Notes: generated from the letters alone by a model not told the origin. A stretch of 64,000 nt of DNA from Candidatus Dadabacteria bacterium (GCA_963805855.1 CAWDVW010000005.1:896001-960000), one strand, 5' to 3'; shown: positions 53,226 to 64,000, counted from the stretch's first letter. Numbers and translations: made by a program.

Positions 53226-54377
53226 TTAAACCATCTCCTCGTTTGACGATACCAACTTATCCAATGTTTCTCTTTGAATATGTTCGATTTCCGTCCTCGC
53301 CCGGGTAATTTCATCAGTTGATTTTCCACGCTCCCTAAATTCGTCGATCATCGAGTCGAGCTTGGTCAATATGTGCCTCAACTTGGTTTGAGCTTCTATG
53401 TTCGCATTTATTTCCAACTCTTCATTTTCCCAATCCCGTTTTGAATACGAATGTAGTTCCCTGGCTTGTATAAGCAATTCCCTTAAAGCATCCTTATAAC
53501 CGTGAAGTATCTGATAGATGGCAGCTTTAATCTCTCCCACTTCGCCCGGATCGCGCCATAGTACATTTTCTAAAATATTTAAGTCGCTCTCTATGACTTC
53601 GTCCCTGCCTGAGAGGTAAGCCTTTGACCTAAGTAGTGAAATAGACTGTTTGTATCGCCTGTCAGACAGAACAATACCCTTTTTCCTGAGCTCACTCCTC
53701 AGGCGCAAAACCAATTTTACCACATGCGGTGGAACCGAAATCTCATTAACTTGTGATTGACACTTTATAAGCTCATCCAATGTCATTGATGTAACGCCAT
53801 CATCTATCTCTTCTGTATTTAACATTTTTAAGAACCTAAAATCCTCCTTAACATAATCCACTACATACCTAAGCAAAAACCTATCATACAAAGCCTCGAG
53901 CTCATCCTCCTCGGAGGGAAGCTCATTACTTGCCCCGAAAAGTGAAATCAGTGGTACTTGAACCACATCAGTACTGTTATAAAAGACCCTCTCATTCATG
54001 ATGGTGAGAAGCGTATTTAATATAGATGAGCTGGCTTTGAACACCTCGTCAAGAAAAGCTATGTGAGCCTCCGGTATTTTCCCATCAATAACCCTGCGAT
54101 ATTCATCGTTTTCAAGTCCCTTAAGGCTAACTGCTCCGAAAATTTCCTCTGGAGTCGTAAACTTTGTGAGGAGCCATTGAAAATAATGGGCCCCGTCTAT
54201 TCTCTCACACACCTCATGAACAAGCTGAGATTTTGCAGTGCCTGGAGGACCGATAATTAGCATATGATTGCCGGTGAGAAGTGCACATAAAGCGCCTTCT
54301 ATAACCTCGTCTCTTTCAAATAACCGACTTCTCAACTCCTCGATTATCTTTCTTAATGTTACTACCATTCTTTCCAT
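53226..54377 (-). CDS. RavA-like MoxR-family AAA+ ATPase
   Basis: GPPGTAKS, LLTKFTTPEEIFG, FLDEVFKASSSILNTLL, GASNELP, ALYDRF, SDRR. Confidence 0.9.
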   Translation of the reverse strand: MERMVVTLRKIIEELRSRLFERDEVIEGALCALLTGNHMLIIGPPGTAKSQLVHEVCERIDGAHYFQWLLTKFTTPEEIFGAVSLKGLENDEYRRVIDGKIPEAHIAFLDEVFKASSSILNTLLTIMNERVFYNSTDVVQVPLISLFGASNELPSEEDELEALYDRFLLRYVVDYVKEDFRFLKMLNTEEIDDGVTSMTLDELIKCQSQVNEISVPPHVVKLVLRLRSELRKKGIVLSDRRYKQSISLLRSKAYLSGRDEVIESDLNILENVLWRDPGEVGEIKAAIYQILHGYKDALRELLIQARELHSYSKRDWENEELEINANIEAQTKLRHILTKLDSMIDEFRERGKSTDEITRARTEIEHIQRETLDKLVSSNEEMV

Positions 54378-55474
54378 GAGATTATATGTATTCCTGTTGA
54401 TTGCCCGGAAGAACCCTTCCTTATAACCGCTTCTACCGTCCTTAAAGTTGGATTGTCTTCACCAAAGATCCCAGAAGAGACTACAGAAAACACATCACTC
54501 TCTCCGGAACTTAAAACAACACCACCAATTCCGGAGCTAATTTTGAGTGTTGGGTCAACATCCTTAATGATCTCGTTCACCTTCTTTCGGTCAATGATGG
54601 AGTCATCTTTTCTAGCCTCCATGACCCCTTCGGCGATTCTATCCACAATATCATCCTTCAAATCTTCAGGTGATGAGTCCTCTTGTCTTTCTATTGCTGA
54701 AACCGCTGCGCCCTTAAGAGCCGAGATCATGACGGATTTTGAAGCCGTACTGAAGTTTACCTTTTTATCAGCGGGATACACGGTAACATAATTCTTAATC
54801 TTGTCGAAGAACTCTTCATCCATACCCCGTATCATACGAATTTCGTCAACACTATCAAGTGGGCCATTTTTTATATTGTATGGATTTTCAAGGCTGAGAT
54901 AGTAGTCAGCAGCGGCACCCGATGAATCTTGATCATTTTGTCCCCCCTCAATGGGGTGATCGAGCCAATTTATTAGGCTCGCAATAAATAAGTCAGATTT
55001 TCTCGGGTCTACATCCAGGACTCTAAAGAGTTCCTCCAGCTCAGTTTCCACCTGCTTATCAACTCTATTTGACGATTGATTGACAAGTGCATTCAAATTG
55101 ATCTTTGAACGCTCGTCAATAACAGTGAGTGAAACATTGCCGTCACCAACCGGAAGGACCGGCACTCTGATAGACCATATTTCATCGGATTCTTCACTCT
55201 GATTGTTCAACAGACTAGTAGCTTTCTTTAAGTCTTCGAGCGGAGTTTCCTTCATTGCTCCAGCAACAACATTTACGCCCGATTTCGCAATGTATCTAGC
55301 CTTGATATAATCTCTTGTGTTCGCTGAGATCTCAGAATCTATCTGTGTAAAGTAAATAAGATCTACCACAAGGGTGGTAAGAATTGCTGTGACGATGAGT
55401 ACGATAATAAGAACGACCCCGCTATCAGACCTGTTTCCCTTAAAATTTTGCCTCATACGAAAATTACTTTTCAT
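54362..55474 (-). CDS. gspK: Type II secretion minor pseudopilin GspK
   Basis: SGVVLIIVL prepilin-like start, DERSKINLN, EIRMIRGM, KVNFSTA. Confidence 0.9.
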   Translation of the reverse strand: MKSNFRMRQNFKGNRSDSGVVLIIVLIVTAILTTLVVDLIYFTQIDSEISANTRDYIKARYIAKSGVNVVAGAMKETPLEDLKKATSLLNNQSEESDEIWSIRVPVLPVGDGNVSLTVIDERSKINLNALVNQSSNRVDKQVETELEELFRVLDVDPRKSDLFIASLINWLDHPIEGGQNDQDSSGAAADYYLSLENPYNIKNGPLDSVDEIRMIRGMDEEFFDKIKNYVTVYPADKKVNFSTASKSVMISALKGAAVSAIERQEDSSPEDLKDDIVDRIAEGVMEARKDDSIIDRKKVNEIIKDVDPTLKISSGIGGVVLSSGESDVFSVVSSGIFGEDNPTLRTVEAVIRKGSSGQSTGIHIISWKEW

Positions 55475-55510
55475 GCATAATTACCCAAACATAAGAGAGC
55501 ACACCAAGTG

Positions 55511-56185
55511 CTACTCACCTAATGGTATCAAAATCAGTGTGTTAAATTCAACATCTTCTCCTCTAGGACTCCGCATGGTCAACGTAACTTCCACAACCTT
55601 GGGCAGCGAGCCCGTTTGATCTGAGTTAAACTCGTCTACAAAGCTCTCCTCGCTATCATTTTCGGTCATGTACCTTAGATTAAATCTGATCAAGCTTTCG
55701 GAAATCGGATATTTTATGCCGCCTGAGTCGGTACCTATCCGAGGGTTTTCTTCCCTAATAAGGTAGAAGAGATCGGACTGTGGAACAGGTTCCAAATAAT
55801 AACTGATTTCAGCCTGATCTGAATCTATAGCATTAAATGCAGGTCGACGAGAAAGCGAGGTAAGTGTGACCCTGCTGTTATCTCCATCCTTTGTACCAAT
55901 GAAAAATGAAGAAGTTGAGATTAATGACTTATTGAATACCTCACCCCTTGGGTATGCTGATTGAAAGTCTTCCGTCATCTTTGAAAAAACAACCCTAGCT
56001 TCGTGATAGAGATCGAGTTCACTTTCCGCAACATCCTTGGCCTTTATAATCTGGAAAAAAGACGAGTACAGAACTGTTAAGACAATTGAACCAATAAAAA
56101 TAGCCAGGAGCACCTCAATTAAGGTAAACCCCTTTTCAGTAATCAGATAATGCCATTGAAACTTGAAAATCTTTTTTACCCTCAT
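55511..56185 (-). CDS. gspJ: Type II secretion minor pseudopilin GspJ
   Basis: [12 protein letters not shown]-terminal LPKVVEVTL. Confidence 0.85.
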   Translation of the reverse strand: MRVKKIFKFQWHYLITEKGFTLIEVLLAIFIGSIVLTVLYSSFFQIIKAKDVAESELDLYHEARVVFSKMTEDFQSAYPRGEVFNKSLISTSSFFIGTKDGDNSRVTLTSLSRRPAFNAIDSDQAEISYYLEPVPQSDLFYLIREENPRIGTDSGGIKYPISESLIRFNLRYMTENDSEESFVDEFNSDQTGSLPKVVEVTLTMRSPRGEDVEFNTLILIPLGE

Positions 56186-56597
56186 CCCATGTAATCCGTA
56201 ATATTACAATTCTTATCTCTGTGTCCAGGTTTGCAATCTGATAGGGCACTACAGACAGAAACCAGTTAAATTCTGGCGCCTCTTCAAATTGTCCCTGCTC
56301 CTGCCTTATCTCAGGATAGCCTTCGAGCTCGACCTCAGCCAACTTCCGTTGGGCAAGTAAACCAGCTATTGAGAGGTTTTTTGACTGTGAAGCCATAATT
56401 AAATTTCTGTTCACAGCACCCAGTAAGACTGTAAGTCCGGCTCCCAGAATCGCTACAGCGACAAGTACCTCCAATAGAGTAAATCCATTATTAGATTTTG
56501 CACGGTTAATTGTTGCTGAATCACCGTTCCTCGGGACTTTACACTTCGCCAAATAATTTAAAAATGACCTATTTATTAAGTAGATCCACATATTCAT
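56136..56597 (-). CDS. gspI: Type II secretion minor pseudopilin GspI
   Basis: [14 protein letters not shown]; start uncertain. Confidence 0.85.
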   Translation of the reverse strand: MNMWIYLINRSFLNYLAKCKVPRNGDSATINRAKSNNGFTLLEVLVAVAILGAGLTVLLGAVNRNLIMASQSKNLSIAGLLAQRKLAEVELEGYPEIRQEQGQFEEAPEFNWFLSVVPYQIANLDTEIRIVILRITWDEGKKDFQVSMALSDY

Positions 56598-57078
56598 CGA
56601 ATACCATAGTGCCCCCGGTATAGGGTTTTGTTACCAACGTGTAGTATTTCCCGTCGTCAGACTCAAGATGAATCACAGCCGGTTCTACAAATCCAGTCGG
56701 CAAAAATAGTATAAATTGTTCATTCTGCCCAAGTGAATTAACTCGGCTTCGATCGGTCATCACATCTTTGAAGGATAAACCCTCCGGTAGTTTTCTCTTC
56801 TTCAGTGTTGGGTCATCAGGAATTACAAATTCGTTTCCCTCCTGAACCTCAACCCAGTACTCTTCATTGTCTAAATCGAACGATAACTTATAGATCCTTT
56901 TTTTAAAGGCAGCCTCATTGTAAAGATACTTGATAGTACCAGCCATTCTTCGGGAGGTGCTTTTAATGTTCACATCATTAAGGTCCTTGAACTTTGGAAT
57001 TGCAACTAGTAGAAAGAAACCCAATAGAATCATGACTGCAGTAAGTTCGATTAGGGTAAAGCCTTTTTTATCTTTCAT
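56569..57078 (-). CDS. gspH: Type II secretion minor pseudopilin GspH
   Basis: [12 protein letters not shown] near the C-terminus; position after gspG. Confidence 0.82.
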   Translation of the reverse strand: MKDKKGFTLIELTAVMILLGFFLLVAIPKFKDLNDVNIKSTSRRMAGTIKYLYNEAAFKKRIYKLSFDLDNEEYWVEVQEGNEFVIPDDPTLKKRKLPEGLSFKDVMTDRSRVNSLGQNEQFILFLPTGFVEPAVIHLESDDGKYYTLVTKPYTGGTMVFDEYVDLLNK

Positions 57079-57503
57079 TGTAGGTTGCGGTTAGATATAT
57101 CCTCATCGCTTGGATATACACCGTCTGGACCTGGTGATATAATCTCAAATGAACCATCATGTGTCTGGTCTGGCCCAATGTAGATAAACTCGTTTCCCCA
57201 CTGATCTAGGGGAACCTTTCCACCCTCAAGATAACCGTCGGAAGAATAACGCGGAGGAATCCTACCGGCAGTTGGTGGAATTACTAGTGAATCAAGGCCC
57301 TGTTGAGTTTCGGGATAGAATCCATTATCAATCTTAAACAACTTTAACGCAGACTCGATTTGCTTAATCTGTATCTTTGTTTGCTCTTTCCTAGCTTGGT
57401 CCAATCGACCTATCACGTTTGTGCCGACTATATAGGCTAGTCCTGCAATTATGATCAAAACGACCATAATCTCAATAAGAGTAAAACCACCCTGTGATCT
57501 CAT
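57075..57503 (-). CDS. gspG: Type II secretion major pseudopilin GspG
   Basis: GGFTLIEIMVV, LFKIDNGFYP...QGL, P.DQWGN, SPGPDG. Confidence 0.95.
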   Translation of the reverse strand: MRSQGGFTLIEIMVVLIIIAGLAYIVGTNVIGRLDQARKEQTKIQIKQIESALKLFKIDNGFYPETQQGLDSLVIPPTAGRIPPRYSSDGYLEGGKVPLDQWGNEFIYIGPDQTHDGSFEIISPGPDGVYPSDEDISNRNLQ

Positions 57504-57513
57504 GTATTACCTC

Positions 57514-58722
57514 CTATTTTCCAATCGTAGATGTTAAATCAAATATCGGCAGAAGAATGGCAAAAACTATAAATCCGATTATTACACCTATTATCAATAT
57601 CATAACAGGTTCAAGTAATGATGTAAGCGTTGAAACATAAGTCTCAACCTGCAGATCATATATATCCGCAATCTTAACCAGCATTTCTTCCATCTCTCCT
57701 GTTTGTTCCCCGACCGCAATCATCCTAGTCACGAGTGGAGGGAAGACCCCGCTTTCTCTAAGAGGAGTTGCAAGACTCGTACCCTCTCTCACATTCTCCC
57801 GAACATTTTTCAGGGCTTGAACATAGACTGAGTTTCCCAGCACAGCTTCTCCGATCTCCAGTGCCTCGAGCAGTGGAATACCGCTTCCTATAAGTGTTCC
57901 AAGAGTGCGAGTGAACCTGGATATCGCAACCAGCTTCGCTATTTTACCAAAGATAGGAACCTTAAATACTAAACGATCATAAAACTGCTTACCCCTATCC
58001 GTATTTTTAAAGCGAAAAACAAAGATAATCACAGCCCCCAAGACAACTAAAAGGGCAATCAGATTATTGGAGATGAAGTTGCTAAGACCTATCAAGGCAA
58101 CTGTAATTAGTGGCAGTGACGTACTGCTTTCTTCAAAAATTTTTGCGATCCTGGGAATCACGTACGACATCATGAAGAAAAGCACGCCACTGCCAATTAG
58201 GAACATAAAAATTGGGTACACCATGGCACTTCTCACGCGGGCACGGAGCGCTGATTGCTTCTCAAGAAAATCCGCAAGCCTCAGGAGAACAATGTCCAAC
58301 GTCCCACTCGATTCCCCTGCTTTTACGATATTTATGTAAAGGTCCGAAAAGACCCTCGAGTGCTCAGTCAAAGCATTTGCCAATGAGCTACCCTCGCTGA
58401 TCCTGTCTTTCACTTCGGTTAGCACCTGACTTAGCCTTGGGTCTTCAGTCTGCTCACCAAGCGCCTGCAGCGAGGCTTCAAGCGGAAGCCCGGCCGAAAT
58501 TAGTGTAGAAAACTGTCTCGTTGTAACCGCTAGCTCTGAGGTGCTAATCCCCCTTAAGCGAAACATTCCTCTTCCCTTATCCTTCTTCACTTCCTTAAGC
58601 GAAGAGAGAAAAACCCCTTCCCGTTTTAACTTATCTGTCGCCGCTTTTGGTGATTCTGCGTCAAGAATGCCCTGCAGAGACTTTCCATTCTCATTAATCG
58701 CTTTGTATTTATATACAGGCAT
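57514..58722 (-). CDS. gspF: Type II secretion inner-membrane protein GspF
   Basis: TRQFSTLISAGLPL, AGESSGTL, GEQTG, LLEP. Confidence 0.95.
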   Translation of the reverse strand: MPVYKYKAINENGKSLQGILDAESPKAATDKLKREGVFLSSLKEVKKDKGRGMFRLRGISTSELAVTTRQFSTLISAGLPLEASLQALGEQTEDPRLSQVLTEVKDRISEGSSLANALTEHSRVFSDLYINIVKAGESSGTLDIVLLRLADFLEKQSALRARVRSAMVYPIFMFLIGSGVLFFMMSYVIPRIAKIFEESSTSLPLITVALIGLSNFISNNLIALLVVLGAVIIFVFRFKNTDRGKQFYDRLVFKVPIFGKIAKLVAISRFTRTLGTLIGSGIPLLEALEIGEAVLGNSVYVQALKNVRENVREGTSLATPLRESGVFPPLVTRMIAVGEQTGEMEEMLVKIADIYDLQVETYVSTLTSLLEPVMILIIGVIIGFIVFAILLPIFDLTSTIGK

Positions 58723-58788
58723 TTTAATTTAGTTGAGATCTCTACACGAATAAGGTTAGAAACTTATTTAAGGATATCCTATGGTGTC

Positions 58789-60501
58789 TTATAGATGATC
58801 ATCACTTTCCTCTGCAACACGCATAACTTCATCTATCGAAGTTTGCCCTTTAAGAACCTTCTCTGCACCATCCACCCTCAATGTGTTCATGCCATGCTCG
58901 TTAGCTTTCCTCTTTATGCTGGTAGAATCCGCACTGCTTAAGGTAAGGTTCCTGATATCATCGTTAATCACAAGAATTTCAAATATACCACTCCTGCCAG
59001 CATATCCAGTTCCCAGACAGTCGCTGCATCCCGTCGCCCTGTATAGACCTGATTCGGGTACCTCACTTGCATCGATGCCAATTCGAACAAGCTCGTCATT
59101 TACTGGTTTATATGGCTCCTTGCATTTCATACATAGTATCCGCACCAGCCTCTGGGCTATAACTGCAACCAGAGACGATGCAACCAGGAATGGTTCGATA
59201 CCCATATCAACCAGCCTCGTAATTGCACTGGCCGAATCATTTGTGTGCAAAGTGGAAAAAACCAGGTGCCCCGTTAGCGAAGCGTGTATTGCTATGTCGG
59301 CGGTATCCCTGTCTCGAATCTCTCCCACCAAAACTATGTCCGGGTCCTGACGAAGAATGGACCTTAGTCCATTAGCAAAGGTCAAGTTTACTTTCGTATT
59401 CACTTGTATCTGATTAATTCCCAATATCTGATACTCAACCGGATCTTCGATAGTGATAATTTTTTTATCAGGAGAATTTATTCTCTCCAGAGCAGCATAG
59501 AGGGTAGTAGTTTTCCCTCCACCGGTTGGGCCAGTCACAAGAAGTATTCCATGTGGACGATGGATAAGTGAATTAATAGTCTCAAGCTTTTTCCCAAATA
59601 AACCAAGATCCTCTAGACTGAGTAGAACGGACGACCGATCGAGTAGCCTCATCACAATACTTTCGCCGTGAGAAGTAGGCACAGTAGAAATCCTGACATC
59701 TACATCTCGGCCCGCAACTTTAACGCGGATCCTGCCATCTTGGGGCTTCCTCTTCTCAGCAATATCCAGCTCTGCCATAATCTTTACCCTGGATATAACG
59801 GAAGATTGAAGCTTCTTGGCGACCCTTGTGACCTTATGGAGCATCCCATCTTTTCTGAACCTGACAACCACTTCTTTTTCAAAACACTCTATATGAATAT
59901 CGCTTGCCTTCTCCTTTACTGCCTGAAATAGTAGTGAGTTTACAAACCTAATTATTGGCGCCTCATCATCTGCTTCGAGTAGATCCCTCGGTTCTTGTAG
60001 TTCGGATTCCGGAATCCCCATGGACTCGTGGTGTACCATCTCGCCGGTCATTTCCTTATCGCGCTCATAGACCTTGTTTATGTTATCCATAACGACATGG
60101 CTCAAGGCAAGATGAGGTTCTATTTCACAACCGAATAGAGACCTTACTTCATCGAGAACATACAGATCCAACGGTGGCGCGACGACTACAACAACCCTTT
60201 CACCTTCTCTCTTCAGTGGAATAAGCTTATACCTCTTCGCGAAGCTTATAGGCAGGAGCCTCACAAGCTCCGGGTCAATATCCCGTTCAGACATTTTTGT
60301 GATATGTGGTATTTCATAGAATTCTGAGAAGACCTCCAGCATGTCCTCGTCCTTCAGAAGATTCGATTTTACCACTGCGTCCTCAAACCGTTCTCCATTA
60401 CTCGACGTTAGCTCTGCTATCCTGCCCCTTGCTTCAGGGTTTTTCTCTACAATAATCTCTTCAAGACTCCTCACTTCTTCAATACACCTCCTGTTTCTCA
60501 A
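58789..60501 (-). CDS. gspE: Type II secretion ATPase GspE
   Basis: ASDIHIE, GPTGGGKTT, TIEDPVE, LRQDPD, GHLVFSTLHTN, CxxC...CxxC. Confidence 0.96.
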   Translation of the reverse strand: MRNRRCIEEVRSLEEIIVEKNPEARGRIAELTSSNGERFEDAVVKSNLLKDEDMLEVFSEFYEIPHITKMSERDIDPELVRLLPISFAKRYKLIPLKREGERVVVVVAPPLDLYVLDEVRSLFGCEIEPHLALSHVVMDNINKVYERDKEMTGEMVHHESMGIPESELQEPRDLLEADDEAPIIRFVNSLLFQAVKEKASDIHIECFEKEVVVRFRKDGMLHKVTRVAKKLQSSVISRVKIMAELDIAEKRKPQDGRIRVKVAGRDVDVRISTVPTSHGESIVMRLLDRSSVLLSLEDLGLFGKKLETINSLIHRPHGILLVTGPTGGGKTTTLYAALERINSPDKKIITIEDPVEYQILGINQIQVNTKVNLTFANGLRSILRQDPDIVLVGEIRDRDTADIAIHASLTGHLVFSTLHTNDSASAITRLVDMGIEPFLVASSLVAVIAQRLVRILCMKCKEPYKPVNDELVRIGIDASEVPESGLYRATGCSDCLGTGYAGRSGIFEILVINDDIRNLTLSSADSTSIKRKANEHGMNTLRVDGAEKVLKGQTSIDEVMRVAEESDDHL

Positions 60502-63181
60502 ATCCCCTCTGCTGAATCAGCATATTCCTCCGCTGTCTCTGTTCAAGGATCTCCTGCATGTCCTTTTCATTCTCTACAATTCTAGGAGTAAGTAGTATCA
60601 TAAGATTTATCTTGTTTCTTTCATATCTCTTAAACTTAAATAAATTCCCAAGTATGGGTATATTTCCTAGAAGAGGAACCTTATTTTCAATTGAGCTTTC
60701 TCTGTCCTGTACCAATCCTCCGATTACGATTGTCTGACCGTTTTTTACAACGACTGATGAATCGGCCGTCCTTGTATTTGTAGCAATACCGAATTCCGCG
60801 GTATTAAGGTCTGCTGGTGACGGAGATATAGCCGATACCTCTGTATAAATGTTTAAATTTAGATAATCGCCTTCACTGATTTGAGGAGTAATGGCCAGCC
60901 TTATTCCTACAGGCTGCCTGTCAATGGTCTGAACAGTTACACCGGCATCGCCAATTACGCTGCCGGTGGGAAAGGGAATCACATCGGCCACAACTATCTC
61001 CGCCTCTTCATTATCCGTTGTAATAATGCTAGGAGTAGATAAAACATTAACGTCAGTCAAAGATGTGAGCGCCTGGAACAGGGCAGTAAAGGATGGTATT
61101 GGGGGTATAGGTCCCGAACCATCCGGATCGACCTCCTCACCAATAACACCCAAAAAAAGCCCGGATAGGCTGTTGGCCAGATTCAGAGATGCCGCCGGGT
61201 CCGCAGCCAAACCAAGTAGGCTTGGAACCCCAGGTAGTATGGTCCCGCCAAACCCTAGATCATTACCGTTATTGAATGTAAAACCTATACTCAAATTTGT
61301 ACCCAAAGACGTGATGTTACTTAGACTCACCTCAAGAATTGCAGCTTCTACAAACACCTGCTTTCTTCTGACATCCAGTTCCTCAATGACCCTCCTTAGG
61401 GTTTCAAATTCCCTACGTGTACTTACGATAACCACAGAATTGGTAGCAGAATCAGAGGTTATTCTCACACCCTCCTCGGTTATTACACTCACGGCGGAAG
61501 TAGGTGTTCCTGCGGTTCCCCGTCTTGTGGTTTGTTGTCCTGCAAGTTGCCCGGCGAAGGTTTGTCCGACAGCTCCCCTTCCGGTTACTGACTGCCCAAA
61601 AGTGCCACCACCAAAAGTGCCACCGCCAAGCGTACCAGCGCCAGTCCTACCAGGTCTGACGACACCCTGAGAACCTGTACTCACGCCACCACCACCTATT
61701 AAACTAGATAGAACTGCGACCACCTGCTCCGCATCCGCATTTAGGAGGCGAACAACATAAATTCCCTCTTCAGGTTCTTCGGATTCAACATCTAGCTTTT
61801 TAATTATCGAGTTTATCTTTGGCAAGTCCTCGGGATATGCGATAACGATCAGGGTGTTCGTCCTTTCATCCACGATAACCCTGAATCCAGCCGTATTGGA
61901 CTGACCTGAAGCCGGAGCTGCCCTAGGCTGGCTTTGCGCCCTCTGCTGTGCTCTTGACCGAGCGGTCCCTCTTTCCCTTGCAGAGGTCTGAGCAGCCGGC
62001 GGGGTGGTCGAGACAGAGCCAGTACCGCCGAGAATCTCCAAGAGCTTTGCAGCTACATCGGCCGCATCAGTATTAACTATTTTTACAAATTCAATCTCCT
62101 TCTTAAGATCAAGATTTTCAATAATATCGAGTAGCCTATTAATGTTGGCTCTAGTCTCAACTATAATCAGCGTGTTCAATTCAGGATATACAGCAATGTC
62201 GCCCTCTCGAGAAATAAGTGGCTTGAGAATGTTTGCTACATCGGTGGCCTGGATATTTTGCAAAGGAACAAGCCTCGTTATAAAACTCTCAGAAGATTCG
62301 CCGGCAGAAACTCCAACTTCAGTAGGAATGCTTTCAGTTTTAATGTCTCTTTTCTGAACTACCTCGTTTATCCCGTCCTTCTTAACAATTGAAAACCCGT
62401 TTAGATCTAAAATTGTTTCAAATAGTTTTAGTGAGTTCTGTTTTTTGAAGCCTCCCTGAGGTGTTATGATTGTTACTCGCTTCCCTTTTACCGAATCATC
62501 CAGGATAAACGTCTCCCCTGTAATCTCGCTCATCGTCTGAATCAAATCTCTTATATCCATTTCAGTTTGCAGGTTTACAATTTCTTCCCCCGGACTAACT
62601 GGTGACTCTGCAGGTTCTACTCGTGTTACACCTCGCCCCTCTTTCCTCTCAGTAATAGGTTCTCCTCCTCTTCCTTGAGTTTTTGGCCCACCTTCATCCG
62701 TCTCAGAAACTAGGCCTTCACTAACCGCTTCTTTACGTTGAGACTCGTCTACACCTTCTTCACCCTCACGCACGACCTCTACCTTCGGGCCCTTGACCCT
62801 TAGCGGGATGACTAAGAACTGGCCTGGAATTACGTTAGCGTTCTCTACCAAACCGTTTATATCCAAAATTTCCTGGACGGATAGCTGAAATCTTTTAGCT
62901 ATCCCCTCTAAGGTGTCCCCTTCTCTAATCAGGTACCTTATCTTCCTTGCAGTTGATTCAGCTTTATATGCCTCTTTTCCCTCCGGGCCTTGTTCCCGTG
63001 TTTCCGGAGAGGCGTCAACCTGAGCCAGCGTTGCCCTTGCGGGCTTACCATTTCCAATTAAACCAGAAAAAATTACTTTGCCCACATCACTATCTACCAC
63101 CAACTCCTCCGAATGCGCCACGTAGACAACAGAGATGGCGGCTATGAAAATCAATAATACTATTTGGAGGCTTTTAATCAT
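60479..63181 (-). CDS. gspD: Type II secretion secretin GspD with N-terminal LysM domain
   Basis: LysM YLIREGDTL..IAKRF...I..INGL....IPGQ.L.IP; N0-N3 domains; QVFVEAAILEV, VLSTPSI, KVPLLGNIPILG.LFK. Confidence 0.93.
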   Translation of the reverse strand: MIKSLQIVLLIFIAAISVVYVAHSEELVVDSDVGKVIFSGLIGNGKPARATLAQVDASPETREQGPEGKEAYKAESTARKIRYLIREGDTLEGIAKRFQLSVQEILDINGLVENANVIPGQFLVIPLRVKGPKVEVVREGEEGVDESQRKEAVSEGLVSETDEGGPKTQGRGGEPITERKEGRGVTRVEPAESPVSPGEEIVNLQTEMDIRDLIQTMSEITGETFILDDSVKGKRVTIITPQGGFKKQNSLKLFETILDLNGFSIVKKDGINEVVQKRDIKTESIPTEVGVSAGESSESFITRLVPLQNIQATDVANILKPLISREGDIAVYPELNTLIIVETRANINRLLDIIENLDLKKEIEFVKIVNTDAADVAAKLLEILGGTGSVSTTPPAAQTSARERGTARSRAQQRAQSQPRAAPASGQSNTAGFRVIVDERTNTLIVIAYPEDLPKINSIIKKLDVESEEPEEGIYVVRLLNADAEQVVAVLSSLIGGGGVSTGSQGVVRPGRTGAGTLGGGTFGGGTFGQSVTGRGAVGQTFAGQLAGQQTTRRGTAGTPTSAVSVITEEGVRITSDSATNSVVIVSTRREFETLRRVIEELDVRRKQVFVEAAILEVSLSNITSLGTNLSIGFTFNNGNDLGFGGTILPGVPSLLGLAADPAASLNLANSLSGLFLGVIGEEVDPDGSGPIPPIPSFTALFQALTSLTDVNVLSTPSIITTDNEEAEIVVADVIPFPTGSVIGDAGVTVQTIDRQPVGIRLAITPQISEGDYLNLNIYTEVSAISPSPADLNTAEFGIATNTRTADSSVVVKNGQTIVIGGLVQDRESSIENKVPLLGNIPILGNLFKFKRYERNKINLMILLTPRIVENEKDMQEILEQRQRRNMLIQQRGFEKQEVY

Positions 63182-63303
63182 GGAATGGCACCTTTACATT
63201 AAATCTACTCTGACCACTTACATTTGAATTCTTGATCATTTGTACACCATAACAGAAAAAATAGGGCATAGATTTCATCAACTTGCTATGCTATGAAATT
63301 TCA

Positions 63304-64000
63304 TTACTTTACTGTGTACTCATATGTGATCCTTTTACCGCGCCTTGTTAAATCAATGCTAAATTTGTCCTGCCCCTTTAGTTCCTCAAACAGGCTAAAT
63401 GCGTTTTCAACATTGTCCAGCCCCACGTCATTTATCCTATGAACTGTATCGCCGTTCCTGATCCCGATCTTAGAAAAAATGCTATTCGGCCTTATCGCAA
63501 AAAACCTGAGCCCATCATCATGAGGAACAACCCGGGCTTTTGTCAAAATATCATTTGGATTGCTTAAAAGCTCGTCCATCATCTTTCTGTCAATCTCATA
63601 AACTCCCTCGTCAATCTGGTTTATCCCATCAGCGTTTCCGCTGAGGCCTTTACCCTCACCTTTGCTTGTTCGAGCTTCGTTGGATCCGCTATTAAGCGTG
63701 GTCCTTGAAGCTACTTGATTAGAGGACGACTCGGCGCTTAATTCCTTTTTACATTTTATAGTTTCGGGTCCTTCGCCGATGCGCTCCAATACTGCAACGC
63801 AATTTTCAATCCGAATTACCTTTACCTTTTCCGATTGTATTATATCGATTAATTCATCCAACTTGTAACCATTTATCCTGCCTGAATCAACGTCTTTAAT
63901 TACAGCAACCGAACTCTTACTCGGGTTGATAACCGTTCCTAGAAGCTGAAGGTTTAGGGTAGTTTGTGGAACGTTCTCGATCCCTGATGAATTAGCTGAT
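63304..64000 (-). CDS. gspC: Type II secretion protein GspC with PDZ domain, 5'-partial
   Basis: Frame open to the window end (TTLNLQLLGTV, HR domain); PDZ ARVVP...IRPNSIF.KIG.RNGD...RRG. Confidence 0.88.
   Translation of the reverse strand, partial: SANSSGIENVPQTTLNLQLLGTVINPSKSSVAVIKDVDSGRINGYKLDELIDIIQSEKVKVIRIENCVAVLERIGEGPETIKCKKELSAESSSNQVASRTTLNSGSNEARTSKGEGKGLSGNADGINQIDEGVYEIDRKMMDELLSNPNDILTKARVVPHDDGLRFFAIRPNSIFSKIGIRNGDTVHRINDVGLDNVENAFSLFEELKGQDKFSIDLTRRGKRITYEYTVK

Overview
Roughly 40% GC bacterial chromosome segment. The split atp operon, trmD fused to a second SPOUT domain and the gsp gene order suggest a Desulfobacterota/Dadabacteria-like organism (inference, not a database result). 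The backbone is housekeeping: tolQRA, argS, ffh-rpsP-khpA-rimM-trmD-rplS, purB, gshA, atpF'FHAGDC, rplM-rpsI-ino1, trxA, ruvX, class II nrdJ with NrdR boxes, an RpoD-like sigma factor, tRNA-Leu(CAG), hflKC and a type II secretion operon gspC-K followed by a RavA-like ATPase. A REP-rich accessory region runs from about 26 to 45 kb. The best finding is a 3'-truncated IS110 element whose left non-coding end folds into a two-loop bridge RNA. Two of its guide segments match the element's own left junction (CTGGTGGG-CT-TATATG), and a third reconstructs the pre-insertion target as a GTAG-type REP. Other notable items are a 54-bp REP-doublet family, a secretin with a LysM domain, a Cys-rich protein with a C-terminal sorting signal, tandem DsbC-like modules, a QueG/RdhA-like protein fused to SCP2 next to a MarR gene with two matching operator palindromes, and three single-base frameshifts (tolA, RDD gene, ino1) that may be sequencing errors.
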